From Dimorphilus gyrociliatus (lineage: Eukaryota > Animalia > Annelida): a stretch of DNA of 64,000 bases. The notes beneath the pieces are model-generated. The model did no database searches. It worked only from the letters and a program-made list of their open reading frames with translations, and was not told the DNA's origin. Positions 1-11,928 of this stretch are shown here, one piece after another; the stretch's first letter is position 1, and the number at the start of each line of letters is the position of its first letter. The DNA lies in assembly GCA_904063045.1 (NCBI GenBank), contig CAJFCJ010000019.1:558001-622000 (forward strand). Direction: 5' to 3'. Position numbers and translations under genes: made by a program.

Positions 1-8
1 TTTTCTAG

Positions 9-830
9 AGCAATTGGAACGCATTGAAGAAGGAATGGATCAAATCAACCAAGACATGCGTGATGCTGAAAAGAATCTAGAAGGTATGGAGAAGTGCTGC
101 GGTTTGTGTGTGCTGCCATGGAAACGAGCTAAAAATTTTGAAAAAGATTCCAATTATAAAGATACCTGGAAAGGAAACGAGGATGGAAAGGTTATTTCAA
201 CTACTTAATTAATTAAATATACATTCACAGGGGACAACTAATGGAGACTAAACTGTTGTACAGATTAATACAAATGGCCCACGCGTTATTGTTGGGGACA
301 ATGCAGCTGGAATGTCAGGTAATTTGGTAACTAGAATAACAAATGATGCCCGAGAAGATGAAATGGAACAAAATTTAGGCGAAGTTAGCGGAATGATTTC
401 TAACTTAAGAAATATGGCAGTAGATATGGGAAATGAGTTAGAGTCCCAAAATAGACAGATTGATCGCATTAATCAAAAGGTTTGTGTACAAATGTATATC
501 GTTATTAAAATTGTTGTCCCCGTTCTTTGACGATTGCTGTTTAAACAAAACAATTTAATTACTTTAGCAATTGTTGAATGGTGTAAACAATAATCCACCT
601 CACAGTTGGTAGTTAATGTTACAACTAATTGTTCGTTTTTTCCGCACCACTTTTTCAGGGTTTGTCAAATGAAACTCGTATACAAGAGGCGAACAAGAGA
701 GCTAATAAGCTTCTCCGGGATTAACCCGTTTCTTTTGCTTATTTTTTTCTGTTTTGTCTAGGGCGAATCGCTAGATAATCGTATAAGAGAAGCGGATAAA
801 AGAACTAAGACCATGCTCTCCAAAAAATGA
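9..830 (+). CDS. SNAP25: SNAP-25, 3' part (5' exons lie outside the window). Exons 9-190, 264-479, then alternative last exon 659-724 or 762-830
   Basis: Translation [24 protein letters not shown], Cys cluster [57 protein letters not shown] (both SNARE motifs); GT-AG junctions in matching phase. Confidence 0.97.
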
Positions 831-1457
831 ATATCGCTTATTCTTTCGAAGTTAGAAACTGCATAAATATCAATTTCTTCTAGTCAGTAAAAAAAACTGC
901 ACACTTCCAAGTCTGTACTTGTTGTGTTCTCAAAGCAAATGATTGTGTGTCAACATTCCCTGGTTATACTACTTTTTTAGCATTTTCCTTCGTTTAACTT
1001 CCAATTGTTCTAGGTCACAACGACCAAAAAAAAATTTTTGTGTATTTCGTGTATTTAGTAAAAGAAAAAGCAAAAGAAAGTTCCCTGTGAGATATCTTTT
1101 CTGCAAAATGTTCTAGTCTCTCTTTTCATATCAGATTGTCTATTTTATGAAACAGAAACGATATATAGTTTACACAAGCGCATTTTTCTAGCAATGTGGT
1201 TAAATATACTTTTTAGAATATAGCAACGTTATGGTACAAATTTTCAGTAAGCGTTTAACGTGCTTGATGTTTACTTTATTGCTTACGATTTTAATGCATA
1301 TTTAATAAATAAAAACCACCTAAATAGGTCTATAATTCTTGGATTTTTTCTATTATTGAGAATATTATTTTTTTTATTTCTTTTTTCTCTTTATATTTAC
1401 TTTCCCCCCTCTTTCTCCTTCTTTCGTTCTTGGCCAGTTCAAGGTTAGCCTAGGTCA

Positions 1458-3112
1458 TTACCATATTGCTCGAACATGAACAAGCTTGGTATCTCCACTA
1501 ATCTCCACTGAATTGATACGATCCATTGGTAATCGGTGGGGAAAATCGATTAAGTGTTCTCCATTTATGCATGTCTGTATGTTTACATTAAAACAGAGGG
1601 CATATAAAACTTTTCTGGGAAAGAAATATAAGAAGTTATTTACCCTAAACTGCCTAGACTCGCAAAAAATGAGAATATCTAAATGAACAGCAGGAATAAC
1701 TCTGAAGTCTGCTCGCAATTCAGTTTGCCACTTGGAATTTTCCCAGCTATAGTTGTCGTTAGAAATTATTAATGAAATAGAAAACTAGTAACAACATCCC
1801 TTAGAATGTGATAAGCGTAGAGATATTAGGTCAAGAAGCGAAAGAGTAAATTTATAATTAACCTATTTAGGACAATACAACGTTCTTTAACTCGAAAGCT
1901 CGCGTGATACGCAATTTCCTTCGAGTTCGTCTCTGATGTATCTTCGCTATCTTCCGTAGAATTGCAATGAAAATTTATCTCAAAGCGGACGGCCTCAGTT
2001 TTAGGTATCAAAGAAACGTATAAAGAAGAACCATCAGATGGTGGTCTAGGCAAAAGTTTTCGAAAGGGCACTGCCTGTGTGGAAAAAAAAAAGAACACTA
2101 TTTATTTTCCAGTCTTTGTTTTCATTTTCGGTTAAAAGAAAATACAACCGGGTAAAAAGCAGATATTGGCGGATTGGTAGATATTTCAGGCGGAAGTCCC
2201 TCAAGGTTATCAGGTAAAAACGGTACACCGTTGTATAATTGATTGTTGCAATCAGCTTGTACGGCTATAGATGAAATATTTATTTCACCTACGAATTCTA
2301 TTTGATTAATTTTCTCAAACGGTAATTTATGGAAGAAGCATCCTATACTACGTCGATTAAAGGCGATCTGTTTATATTAATGTGAATAATGAACCCAATC
2401 AAGTAATGTAATATGTTGTTACCCGATATTCTCCTTCTACAATTCCAATTGCGCAACTAAATTCCGAATCAGTTCTGATAATACCACCGGGCTTTATTTC
2501 AACTTCATCTCCCCAAAAACCATTTAATTGGGTATTCAAGATAAAGCATTTTTGATCGAACCGACAATTGATATGCAAATAAGTTTCAATCATGTCTTCA
2601 CTCTTATGTTTCACTTGTAAATTGATCGCAAATCTGTGTTTTGCATTAAAATGAGTTTCCTATAGCTTTTTACTTCGAAAAAAAAATTGAATTTTATTAT
2701 TAATTATCGAAAGCTATTCAATCTCTATAGATAGTGTCCAGTGGCCATTTATCATTTAAAAAAAAATATAGCTCTATTCAAAAAAAAAGTGTACCTTTCT
2801 CCTATTCTATAAGGTATAATGTCTCCAGCTGTCAGAGATGTGAAATTGAAACTAACCTTTTACAATTATCACGTACAAAACCCTTGATAAGGATCATGTC
2901 TCCAAAAGTTAGGCGTTTCACAGGTACTACACATGGCGCCTTCTATTTTAACAAAAAAAAAAACAATTTTTATTTAGGGACTTTTTCTGTTTATACAAAC
3001 GCTATTTAGGTTCGTTATTACTTTTTTCTCTCTTTCTACTTACGCCTAAGTTAACTTGAACGTCGTTTGAGTAAATAATGGGCGGAGGAAATTTTGATGT
3101 ATCTCTAGTCAT
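1458..3112 (-). CDS. Tandem-repeat (two-CRD) galectin, multi-exon
   Basis: N-CRD: GDMILIKGFV..RFAINLQ..HINCRF..FILN..WGDE..FHKLPFEKINQIEFVGEI. C-CRD: RFEINF..HASFR..IVLN..WQTELR..INGEHLIDFPHRLPMDRINSVEISGD. Candidate ATG at 3112, TAA at 1458-1460. Confidence 0.88.
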
Positions 3113-3419
3113 TCTTTTATCAAACATTTTTTACAATTTTGTACTTGTTCTTCTTTTATTTACATATACAATAGTTACGTCACATGATTCAACAGGTTTT
3201 TAGAGATTCATTTAAATCCGATAGATGGTAGCACTATATTATAAATTTAAAGAAGAAACATATAGAATAGAGTATGATTAAAACGTTCTTTAGAAGTGAA
3301 TATGAAAGAGGCATAGAAAGTCTGAAAATAAGATATTTTTGTTAAAGTACAAAGATATCAACAGTCATTCAATAGAATTGTGTTTATCGGTCAATTCATT
3401 ACTCTTCCGCCTCTTCTGT

Positions 3420-3500
3420 CTCCTGCCCCTCCTTCTTTCCCCCTCCTCCTCCTCCTCCTCCTCCTTCTCCTTTCCTGTCTTCCCTTCCCTCCTCCCTCAA
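3420..3500. repeat. Polypyrimidine/(CCT)n low-complexity tract
   Basis: ccctcctcctcctcctcctcctccttctcctttcc read directly. Confidence 0.9.
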
Positions 3501-4386
3501 GTTTTTTCTTTGATAGAGTAATACAAAACCGTTTTTTCCGGCAACAATAAGTGAAATAGACTCAGCTGGTACGTTTAGCAAGAGACGCCTCGGGCGCAGA
3601 TTATTCGAAATATAAACCAATTGCTATCAGAAGATGAGAAAAGACGCAAAAATAAATTAATAGAAAAAGAGATGATAGTCATTGAAACATGCATTTAAAA
3701 CAAAACTAGGCGTATGCAAAATGTATACATTCGTTTATGAACTAACAATGCATTTACTGAAAATTAAAGAATAGAAGAAATGTAAAGAAGACACGCGAGC
3801 ATTGCAAAACATGCAAAATTTAGTTTACGTAAATATTTTCGTATAAACGAGTTTAACAATTAAATATTCAAGATTATTTACATATTTGTTTGTAGTTTTG
3901 TCTTTTTGTTTGCGTAGTTAAATGAGAAAAAAAAATATTTTTTTTTAATAACGATATGAGTAAGAATTGCAAGTAACGTTCCCTCCAGTGGCCTCGGGTA
4001 ACGCTCGTCAAAACGTCGTTTTCCATATTAACGGGCCAAGCTGGGGCTAATTGATGAAATAAAAAGGCGAATAGGGAGCAGGTGTTCTATATGCCGTCTC
4101 TATTGTCAAACAACGTCTATTCCATTAACGCCCTGATCACTGTCACGTGATTTAGCTTGTCGGACGAAATATATTGTTAAAGTAAATGTACTTCATTAAT
4201 AAGAGATAGTAATAGAATATTCAATTTAAATAAAATGAGCGTAAAAATTAAATAAGAAATTAATAATGAAAAAAAAAAATCTTAACGACTTAATAATAAA
4301 AATTGTATTATTATATGTTTGTATTCCTCTTTTGATTCTTAAAACCCTTGAAAAGTGGGTTATATTCAATAAAATACATATATTAG

Positions 4387-4660
4387 TATATATATATATA
4401 TATATATATATATGAATAGTTATATACAGATATACAGTTGATATGTTTATTCCTTGTAACTAAGTAGAGCAATGGTAAGTAAGTAAGTAAGTAAGTATGT
4501 AAGTAAACAAGTAAATTTTCAAATAATTTGTTTATATATAAATATAAATAGAAATAAAACAATACGTTCTTTATAATTTACTTCCAATTTCTTTTTTTTT
4601 TTTTCTCTCTCTCTTTTTTTTTCTTCTTTTCCTTTCTTCTTTTTTTTTCTCTTTTTTTTT
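4387..4660. repeat. Cluster of simple repeats: (TA)n ~4387-4413, (GTAA)n ~4475-4512, poly-T/C ~4588-4660
   Basis: Read directly; explains spurious Lys-rich ORF 4519-4701. Confidence 0.9.
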
Positions 4661-4972
4661 TTACATAACATATATTGCTTTTGAAAGAAAAAAACATACA
4701 TGTGAAAAAAAAATAATGATTATGTATAAATGACGTCACGATTACAAACTACGTAAACAGAATGAAAGAGGTAAAGAGCGTGTCCGGCAGCGATAAGAGA
4801 CGCCGTTCGAGATTGCAGGATGTTTGATGTTGGGCGCTGACCACCTGAGCCAGCACGTGTTCGGCGTCACTCGATCGCGGCGTCACGGAAACGTATAAGC
4901 GTCCGTATAATTGCAGGATGCCGTAGAGACGCCGATAGCGTGCGCACCGTCTCCTTTGAAGCGGCGGGATCG

Positions 4973-7211
4973 TTAAAACGGCTTAAACGGTGGTAAAATC
5001 GGTGGTGTCCTATTCCAAGACGGCGTTTCTCCTCCTACTCTTTCTCTCTGGTCCCTGTCACGTCGTTCTCGCGCCCTTCGATTTTGAAACCAGATTTTGA
5101 CCTGTTGACACGTGAACAGTTGTTATCCAACGTTGAATCGGGCGTCCCATCACCTGCGCGCTAGAGACGCCTACCACGCGCACGATTAGCTCGATTTACT
5201 ACACTTGCAACAATAGCATTTAATGACGCTTCAACGACGCATATTTCTACAACTGTTCGACCGTGTAACGTCTGGCAGAGCCATGACGTCATTATTTGTC
5301 TTGAAACGCGCGCCTCGTTGATAATCAACAATTAATTATAGTCAGCGTCTTCCTAGTTGTACTTATCTTATAGGAAAAACTCTGTATATGTAATAGTTTT
5401 ATTAGCACGTTTTCGTGACTCTTCCGTGCATGCACCACAGGTGGGTGTGTTAATTTAAGTGTACAGTATTATGTACATGCATATACAAGATTATTATAAA
5501 TGAGCCGCTATTCTATATGAATACAAATATGAATAAATTCGTGCATACTTCTATTCTTAATATATATATATATATATTAGTTTAGTTAAGCGTTTCCTCT
5601 ACATGCAACTGTTATTTTTTGTCGTTTCATATTTTTGGTTTTTCCACAACTTCATGTTAATAATTGTTAAATAAATAAACAAACAAACAATAGACAACTT
5701 ACTCTTGTTTCTGTGAGATTTAAAGCGGCACTTAATTCAGCAACGTCTACTGAACTCAGATAATGAGTTCGTTGAAATTTATGCTCCAAAGCGCATACTT
5801 GATGCTGCGTGAACGGAACGCGCGGATTTCTTCCTAATTTTCGTTTCCTTCCTGTTCCTCCCTCAATTTCATCAGATGATTTTCGTTTTTGACCTAAAAC
5901 GATTCGAGTAACAAATGAAAAATCAACAATGTTTCAAAAGTAAACATAAATAAAGAAAAAAAAAGTCGTTCGTCTAAGAAAGCCTGCTCGCTGTCGGAGA
6001 TCTTGTCAAAAATGGCAGCAGTCGGAACAAATTAGACACGCCGTTTAACTCGCAATAAACGACTTTATTGTATATTGGCCGATTATTCCCTTCTACTTTA
6101 CTTTATTTGAGTAAACAGCTTATTTAGACGATTTAATACGAATATTATCTCTTTCTAAATGATATGTACGTGTATATATATTGGATTTTATACGCTTGAC
6201 TCTTTTTACAATTAACATTTAATGATTTAGCCTAGTTCAAATGAGTTTGTTGATTTCGTTTTAGATCCATTTAAACGATAAACACTCCCTTGTCTACTTT
6301 AAATACTAGTTTTTAAATGCAGCTATTGTCACACTAGTAATTATTATCACAATTGATTCGTTCAACTCGCTTATAAACTTTTAAAGGTGTATATAAGATT
6401 ATTTGTTGTTAGATGTGTGCTATACGATATTATAGTAGTACACAAATAAATAGAAATATTATCATACTTGTAACAATTAGACAGAATAGAATATTTAATA
6501 CGCTTTTTAGATTAGTACATTGCTTGTTAATTAATCAATATTTTTTTCTCCCTGTATTATATTTAATTGCGAAATAGAGCTTTGCACTGTTAAATGGAAA
6601 TTAAACTTGACTTTTCTTTATTTCTTTCTTTTTCTCTAAATCTCTCTCTCTCTCTCTCTCTCTCTCACCTCCCTGTGTCTCTTTAAATAAAAGCACTTTT
6701 CTAGATAATTCATGACTAGATGACAGATCAAATTATTCATAATTGATGTTAAATACCAAGATAATTTTCAGCGCTTGGATAAAGAAAGCGCACATGCGCA
6801 AGTATTAAGATCTGCTTTAATTAAATTCAACTTAATTAATTTCAGTTTTCCAGGTTTCTTATATTCTTTTTATCATCCTATTATTAATTTTAAAATGTCA
6901 ATTTCTTCTATAATTTAATTCTACTTACGAGGTAGCTTAGGTGGCTTATAACGGGTACAGGACAGCCACGAGAAATCGCCAGATGATTTTTCTTGTCCAT
7001 TTTTATCATCTTTCTCTTCTACTCCGCAGACATCAATCTCAATATCTTCTTCCTCTTCACAGTCGGAATTTCTTCCTAAAATACTTTCAATGGAGAAACT
7101 CAACTTTTTTGGCTTTTGAACATCGGGCATAGGAATTCGAGGAGGATTTTGAGCTGTTATTAAAGCTGCATATAGAGCTGTATAAGAATTATGTTGACTA
7201 GCGAGCGCCAT
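4973..7211 (-). CDS. Msxlx: ANTP-class NK-like homeobox protein, Msxlx family. Exons 7211-6929, 5893-5703, 5101-4973
   Basis: eh1 motif FSIESIL; WLSCTRYKPPKLPR; spliced homeodomain RKLGRNPRVPFTQHQVCALEHKFQRTHYLSSVDVAELSAALNLTETR|VKIWFQNRRARERR; phases match. Family assigned from recalled sequence motifs. Confidence 0.88.
6641..6666. repeat. (TC)n microsatellite in Msxlx intron 1
   Basis: Read directly. Confidence 0.95.
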
Positions 7212-8198
7212 CGGAAGAAATTGGAATTTACTTATTCTTCAATTTTCATATGTGCTATATATATAATGAAATTGTCATGAAGGGTAGAGAGTTATAGTAT
7301 TGGCTCCGCCTACCTATTCGCTCATTGGCTGTTACTTCTTCATCGTCCAATCAGTAAATAGTACTGTAGAATAAATTAGTTAAGTGCTTCTGGGGGACAT
7401 GACAAACTCGAAATGAAATCAGGAAATTGCCATGAATTCTGATGCTGTTGACAGTCTTTTGTGTCGTCAAGTATCGAATAGACTATACACAACGGTTTTT
7501 GTCTTTAGACTTCATCAATCAGTTACCTACTAAATTAGGTCACGATAGGCAGCTCGAATAGCCTTACGCGTGTGCAGGTGGAACGTCTCGTGTGTCCTTG
7601 TTCTGACGTAACCCGTCACTCTTCCAAATCTTTTTCTTTCTGCGGGCGTAGCGCATGGGGAATGAATACCAAATCACGCGACGTCTCTTTGTTTAGGGAA
7701 CGCTCATTTTCACACTTTACCTTTTATCTTTCTTGGTTTTGGGCGCTCTGCTAATAAAGCGAACGAGTAAAATGATTATCACGAAATACTGTTCTTTGAA
7801 CACTTGTACCCTGTCAAGAAACGTCTACGCGTGTCGGATTGCAGAAAATATTTTCGCAAACTTTCACAATTCATAAAACTCGTATAATCCTTTTCTAATA
7901 GCGTATATAAATCGCAACGTAACTTTAACAGGGTCGTATCTGATTACATACTCTAAATATAAGGTGCATATGGTTTAACTCTCAATAGACATGCTATGAA
8001 GTAAAGAATACTTTTATTTAAGGATTTGTATATTAACACTAAGAAAGTTGATTTAAAACTATTTTTTTTTCATTTTGTCAAGTGATACGTGATACATGTA
8101 TATCATATCTCGTCGAACAAATACCACACTAATTTTATTATTGAAGCTATTAACATATATGCCTTTGATGCAGTCATTGTAAGGCTTCTAAGCGCCAT

Positions 8199-11100
8199 CT
8201 ATTGCGAGGAGTCACTTTCGTTACTCGTATCAGTTGCATCAACACCTGAATTGTAAACAGGAAATAGTCTCTTATCATTCAAAATGATAGGATCTGTTCC
8301 ATGCTGAAATTTTATTGTTAAACATCTAGCCGGTTCTTGAACAACCCCGTTAAGTTCTATTGCAGGCAAATGATATGTCTTTATAAATGATCTCTTTCTC
8401 ATTTTATAATTTGAAGATTTTTTCTCGTCAGATGAAAATGAACAGTATCTTGAGTTAGAATTTTTATGACTATTATGAATACAATTATTACAACTAATAT
8501 CTAATAAATCTGAGAGTCCGTGATCTTTTAATAGCTTTCTTTGTTTCTTTGAATTTTTTTCCAATCTAGCGCATTTTTCCTCCAACTCTTCAATGCGTAG
8601 CCGACAAGAGACGCTATCGAATGACCTTAATTCCCTTAGAACATGTTGAAGTTCAGACATCTCTTTCGCAGTTCTCTCGTTAATTAATGAATCTTCAGGG
8701 ACAGCTAATCCAATTTCTTGGCTATCTTTTCGCCTATTATAATATTGATATTTAAAAATAGAAACTAACAACATGTAATATGTTTCGTTTTTACTGACTT
8801 TTTCACTTCCCTTGTCTGCACGATTCTGCAACGTGACGAAATCTTGTTTCAGTTTCAAGTGAATATCATGATAAAGTTTAAAAATTATTGCTCAATATGT
8901 ACCTCTCTCTCGCATAGTTTTCTATAACAACCCTCGCCTCCGGATACTCGTATAGGACTTGAGTTAAATCTTTTTTTGATAGGACAAGTAATTCAGAAAA
9001 TCCCACTGATCGAACATCAGCGTTCCGTCTATTTATACCTGAATCCAGCCGAAGAACGCTAATTTCCCCAAAATAATTCCCTTCGGATAAAGTGGCGACA
9101 ACCGTTTGATCTTCGGTAGTATGATCCCGTATCAAAACCTTGTCGAACAAATACATATAGTGTACATATATATACGACAGATGGCGCTTAATACGAGCAC
9201 AGTAACTTATTTCAGTATTACCTCTACTTTTCCATTATTAATTATATACATTTCGCGACCAATTTCACCTGCTCTACACACGTAATCGGCTGGCGAGTAG
9301 ACATGCGATTTTAATTTCGTAACTAATTCGCATAGAAAGCCCGATTCGCATTCTTCAAAAACCCTTATCTTCCTTAGCGTTTCCAAATGAACATGCTGAG
9401 CTATATCTGATCGTAATCTATCCCCAAATCAATTTCATTAGATTTCCTTTACTATTTCATTTTATAATACCTATAGGGAAGCATATCTAATAACTCTTGA
9501 TCTTCTAACACGTGCGTATTTTGCCATGCGTAATCCGCCCACTTTTTAACTCTTTTTTGTAGGTCGCTAGGTACCCTTCGAGCAGCCATATAAAATTTAA
9601 GAGCATCCATCTTAAGTTGAAACTAAAATATAATTTATAATACTAGGTATGAGATCTAAAGAATAGACAATCGAAAATTACAGTACTTGCACTCGAGCTG
9701 CGTGCATGTTGCTTATAACATCGCCGACATTACCAACAACGGCGGCAAAGAGGAAGACCCCAATTAAAAAAGTTAAGCCAGTAAAAACGTATTCCTTAGT
9801 AATAAGAATACCATTAATAAATAAACAGTTTAACGATAAAATTCTTTCTTTTCTTTTCGTTTTTTATAGAAAAAATTTACTCTTACTAAATCAGTTTTTG
9901 GATTGGACGTGTTACCAATGGTTGTCAGTGTCATTGTCGACCAATACAGTGATCTTAAATAGCTTCTAAAAAAGTTACTTTCACTTAAGTAATCCTCTAA
10001 TACCCAGTCATTTATTCCCAGACCTTCATACTGAAAACAAAAAATATTGTATATAAAATTAATCATGGACATTCTCTTAATGGAAAAGAGAGACGTTCCT
10101 AATCGAGTGCTTGATAAACTTACGATAAAGTTGCACAAAAGCTTTAGTAAATAATCGAGTTATTATGCGGAATAATTGCAGGCAGAAAACAGAAAAAGGG
10201 AAAAAGGAATCGTTTAATAGAAATAAATGATTTAACCTTTGATATAAGAAAATAGAAACATGCAATCCAATGAATTATTGTTGCTAGTACCAATAGTAGT
10301 TTACACGCTCGCACGATATTTGGACTATTTGTTCGCCTGTTTAATTAGCAATATTATATATAGTAGTAATACATGCATGCCAATATATAATGTATAAAAA
10401 TTTATATATATATTCGTTATACTGTATCTTACATGTCGGAATTGTTAAAAAAGTCCACGGCCGATCTCCATTTAAAAAGTTTCGGTAACCTTAATGCAAC
10501 GCTGATTCTATCTTCTGTCATGGTTAAAAAACGTGTAGGAATGAGAAAACTCTACAGAGTTATATCATTTTGTACATATATTCTATATGCAGAGTTTATG
10601 CATCGCATAAAGATTACCATCTTTATAAGGAGGGTTTTTTTTTTATATCAGTGCACAAATTACACATATACTCTATTATTTTTCTATTATAAATAGCTCG
10701 TACCAAGAAACAGAACTGGCATAAAAGGGAATATCCGGTTCAATAGACTTGTAAGACCTAAGGGAAAGCGTCATCATAAAAGAAAATATTAGATTACTGT
10801 CGTACGGATAAATAAAACCCACTAGATAAAATTATCACTATCTTATCGGTTGGTAAGGCAGCAATGACATCTGAAAGGAATTCTTTCCGCTTACCCTTGT
10901 AATTTTCTCTAAGTTTTCTAATATCTCGCACCTTGATTAATATAAAGAAAATAAAAAAGGTAAATGTTAATCAATAGATTAAGGAATCAATAACAAAATG
11001 ATTAATAAATTTTAATAAATGAACTTGTTTAAATAGCTAATGGCGATATCTATTTACAGAACATTGTATATAGATATCAAAGAACTATGGAGACTGAAAG

Positions 11101-11389
11101 ACTTTTAATCGATGAAAATTGCTTTAAAAGTAAAACAGTAATAGATATAAAAAGGAAAGCAAATTCATTTAAAAAAGCATCAAATTTTTAACGATCAATG
11201 ATTAAACAGCTGTATCTTGTGTACATACTTCACATGAATATACATTTATTGACTAAACTTATATATTCATATTTAGAGCGTTACTTTTTTCGTTGATGAT
11301 TAAAATTTTTAAGCAAGATAAATCTGCTTATATATAATATATTAGTGTTTAAAAAAATAATCATCCAAATGGATATTAATGTTAACGCT

Positions 11390-11421
<32 letters not shown>

Positions 11422-11928
11422 AAATGAGTTTTACCAAAATTCCTTCATCTAAATATCCTAATCGAAATTTACAGAATACATCCAACATCAGTAGAAAGTC
11501 TGTAATAAAATCTAGACAACAAAATCCAAATCTTTGATAGAACGTATATGAAAGTTCGTCGAAAAATGCTATTCTTAATATAATACTCCATATATTATAT
11601 AGAACCGTAAAGGCTATGATACCCTGGAAAAAAAATTATACTTGTATATTGCTTTAATCTAACAGCCTTTTTGATTTTTATTATATTTTATAATAGAAAT
11701 AAGAATTGTAATTTTATTTAACGGCTACGCAAGAAGAAAGGGTTATTATAATAAATAATATTGAAAGGTTTGGCACTTCTATCACCTGCCAAGCATAAAC
11801 TCCATCACTATCGGGATCGAAGTAACCATCGTTTATAAACTTTTGCACCTGTTGACAAATATTAAACGTTTCGATTATAGCAAACTAAATAAATTATAAC
11901 ATACCTTATCGATATAATCTGGAAGCAT
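8199..11928 (-). CDS. Cyclic-nucleotide-gated cation channel subunit (CNGA-like), multi-exon; start codon uncertain
   Basis: S1 [20 protein letters not shown]; S2 [25 protein letters not shown]; pore [16 protein letters not shown]; S6 [19 protein letters not shown]; C-linker [12 protein letters not shown]; [31 protein letters not shown]; coiled-coil tail. Confidence 0.92.
11395..11421. repeat. (GA)n microsatellite in a CNG intron
   Basis: Read directly. Confidence 0.95.

Noticed and set aside
191-263. Extra AG at 229-230 suggesting a SNAP-25 micro-exon or alternative acceptor
   Set aside because: Use in phase gives GTTNGD* (stop at 249-251) and no fitting donor was found; the acceptor at 263 gives the homologous sequence
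4380-4520. Short tandem repeats as a possible CRISPR or telomeric array
   Set aside because: No repeat-spacer structure; ordinary microsatellites in a eukaryotic genome
3339-4701. Gly/Glu-rich, Ser-rich and Lys-rich ORFs
   Set aside because: Translations of simple-sequence repeats
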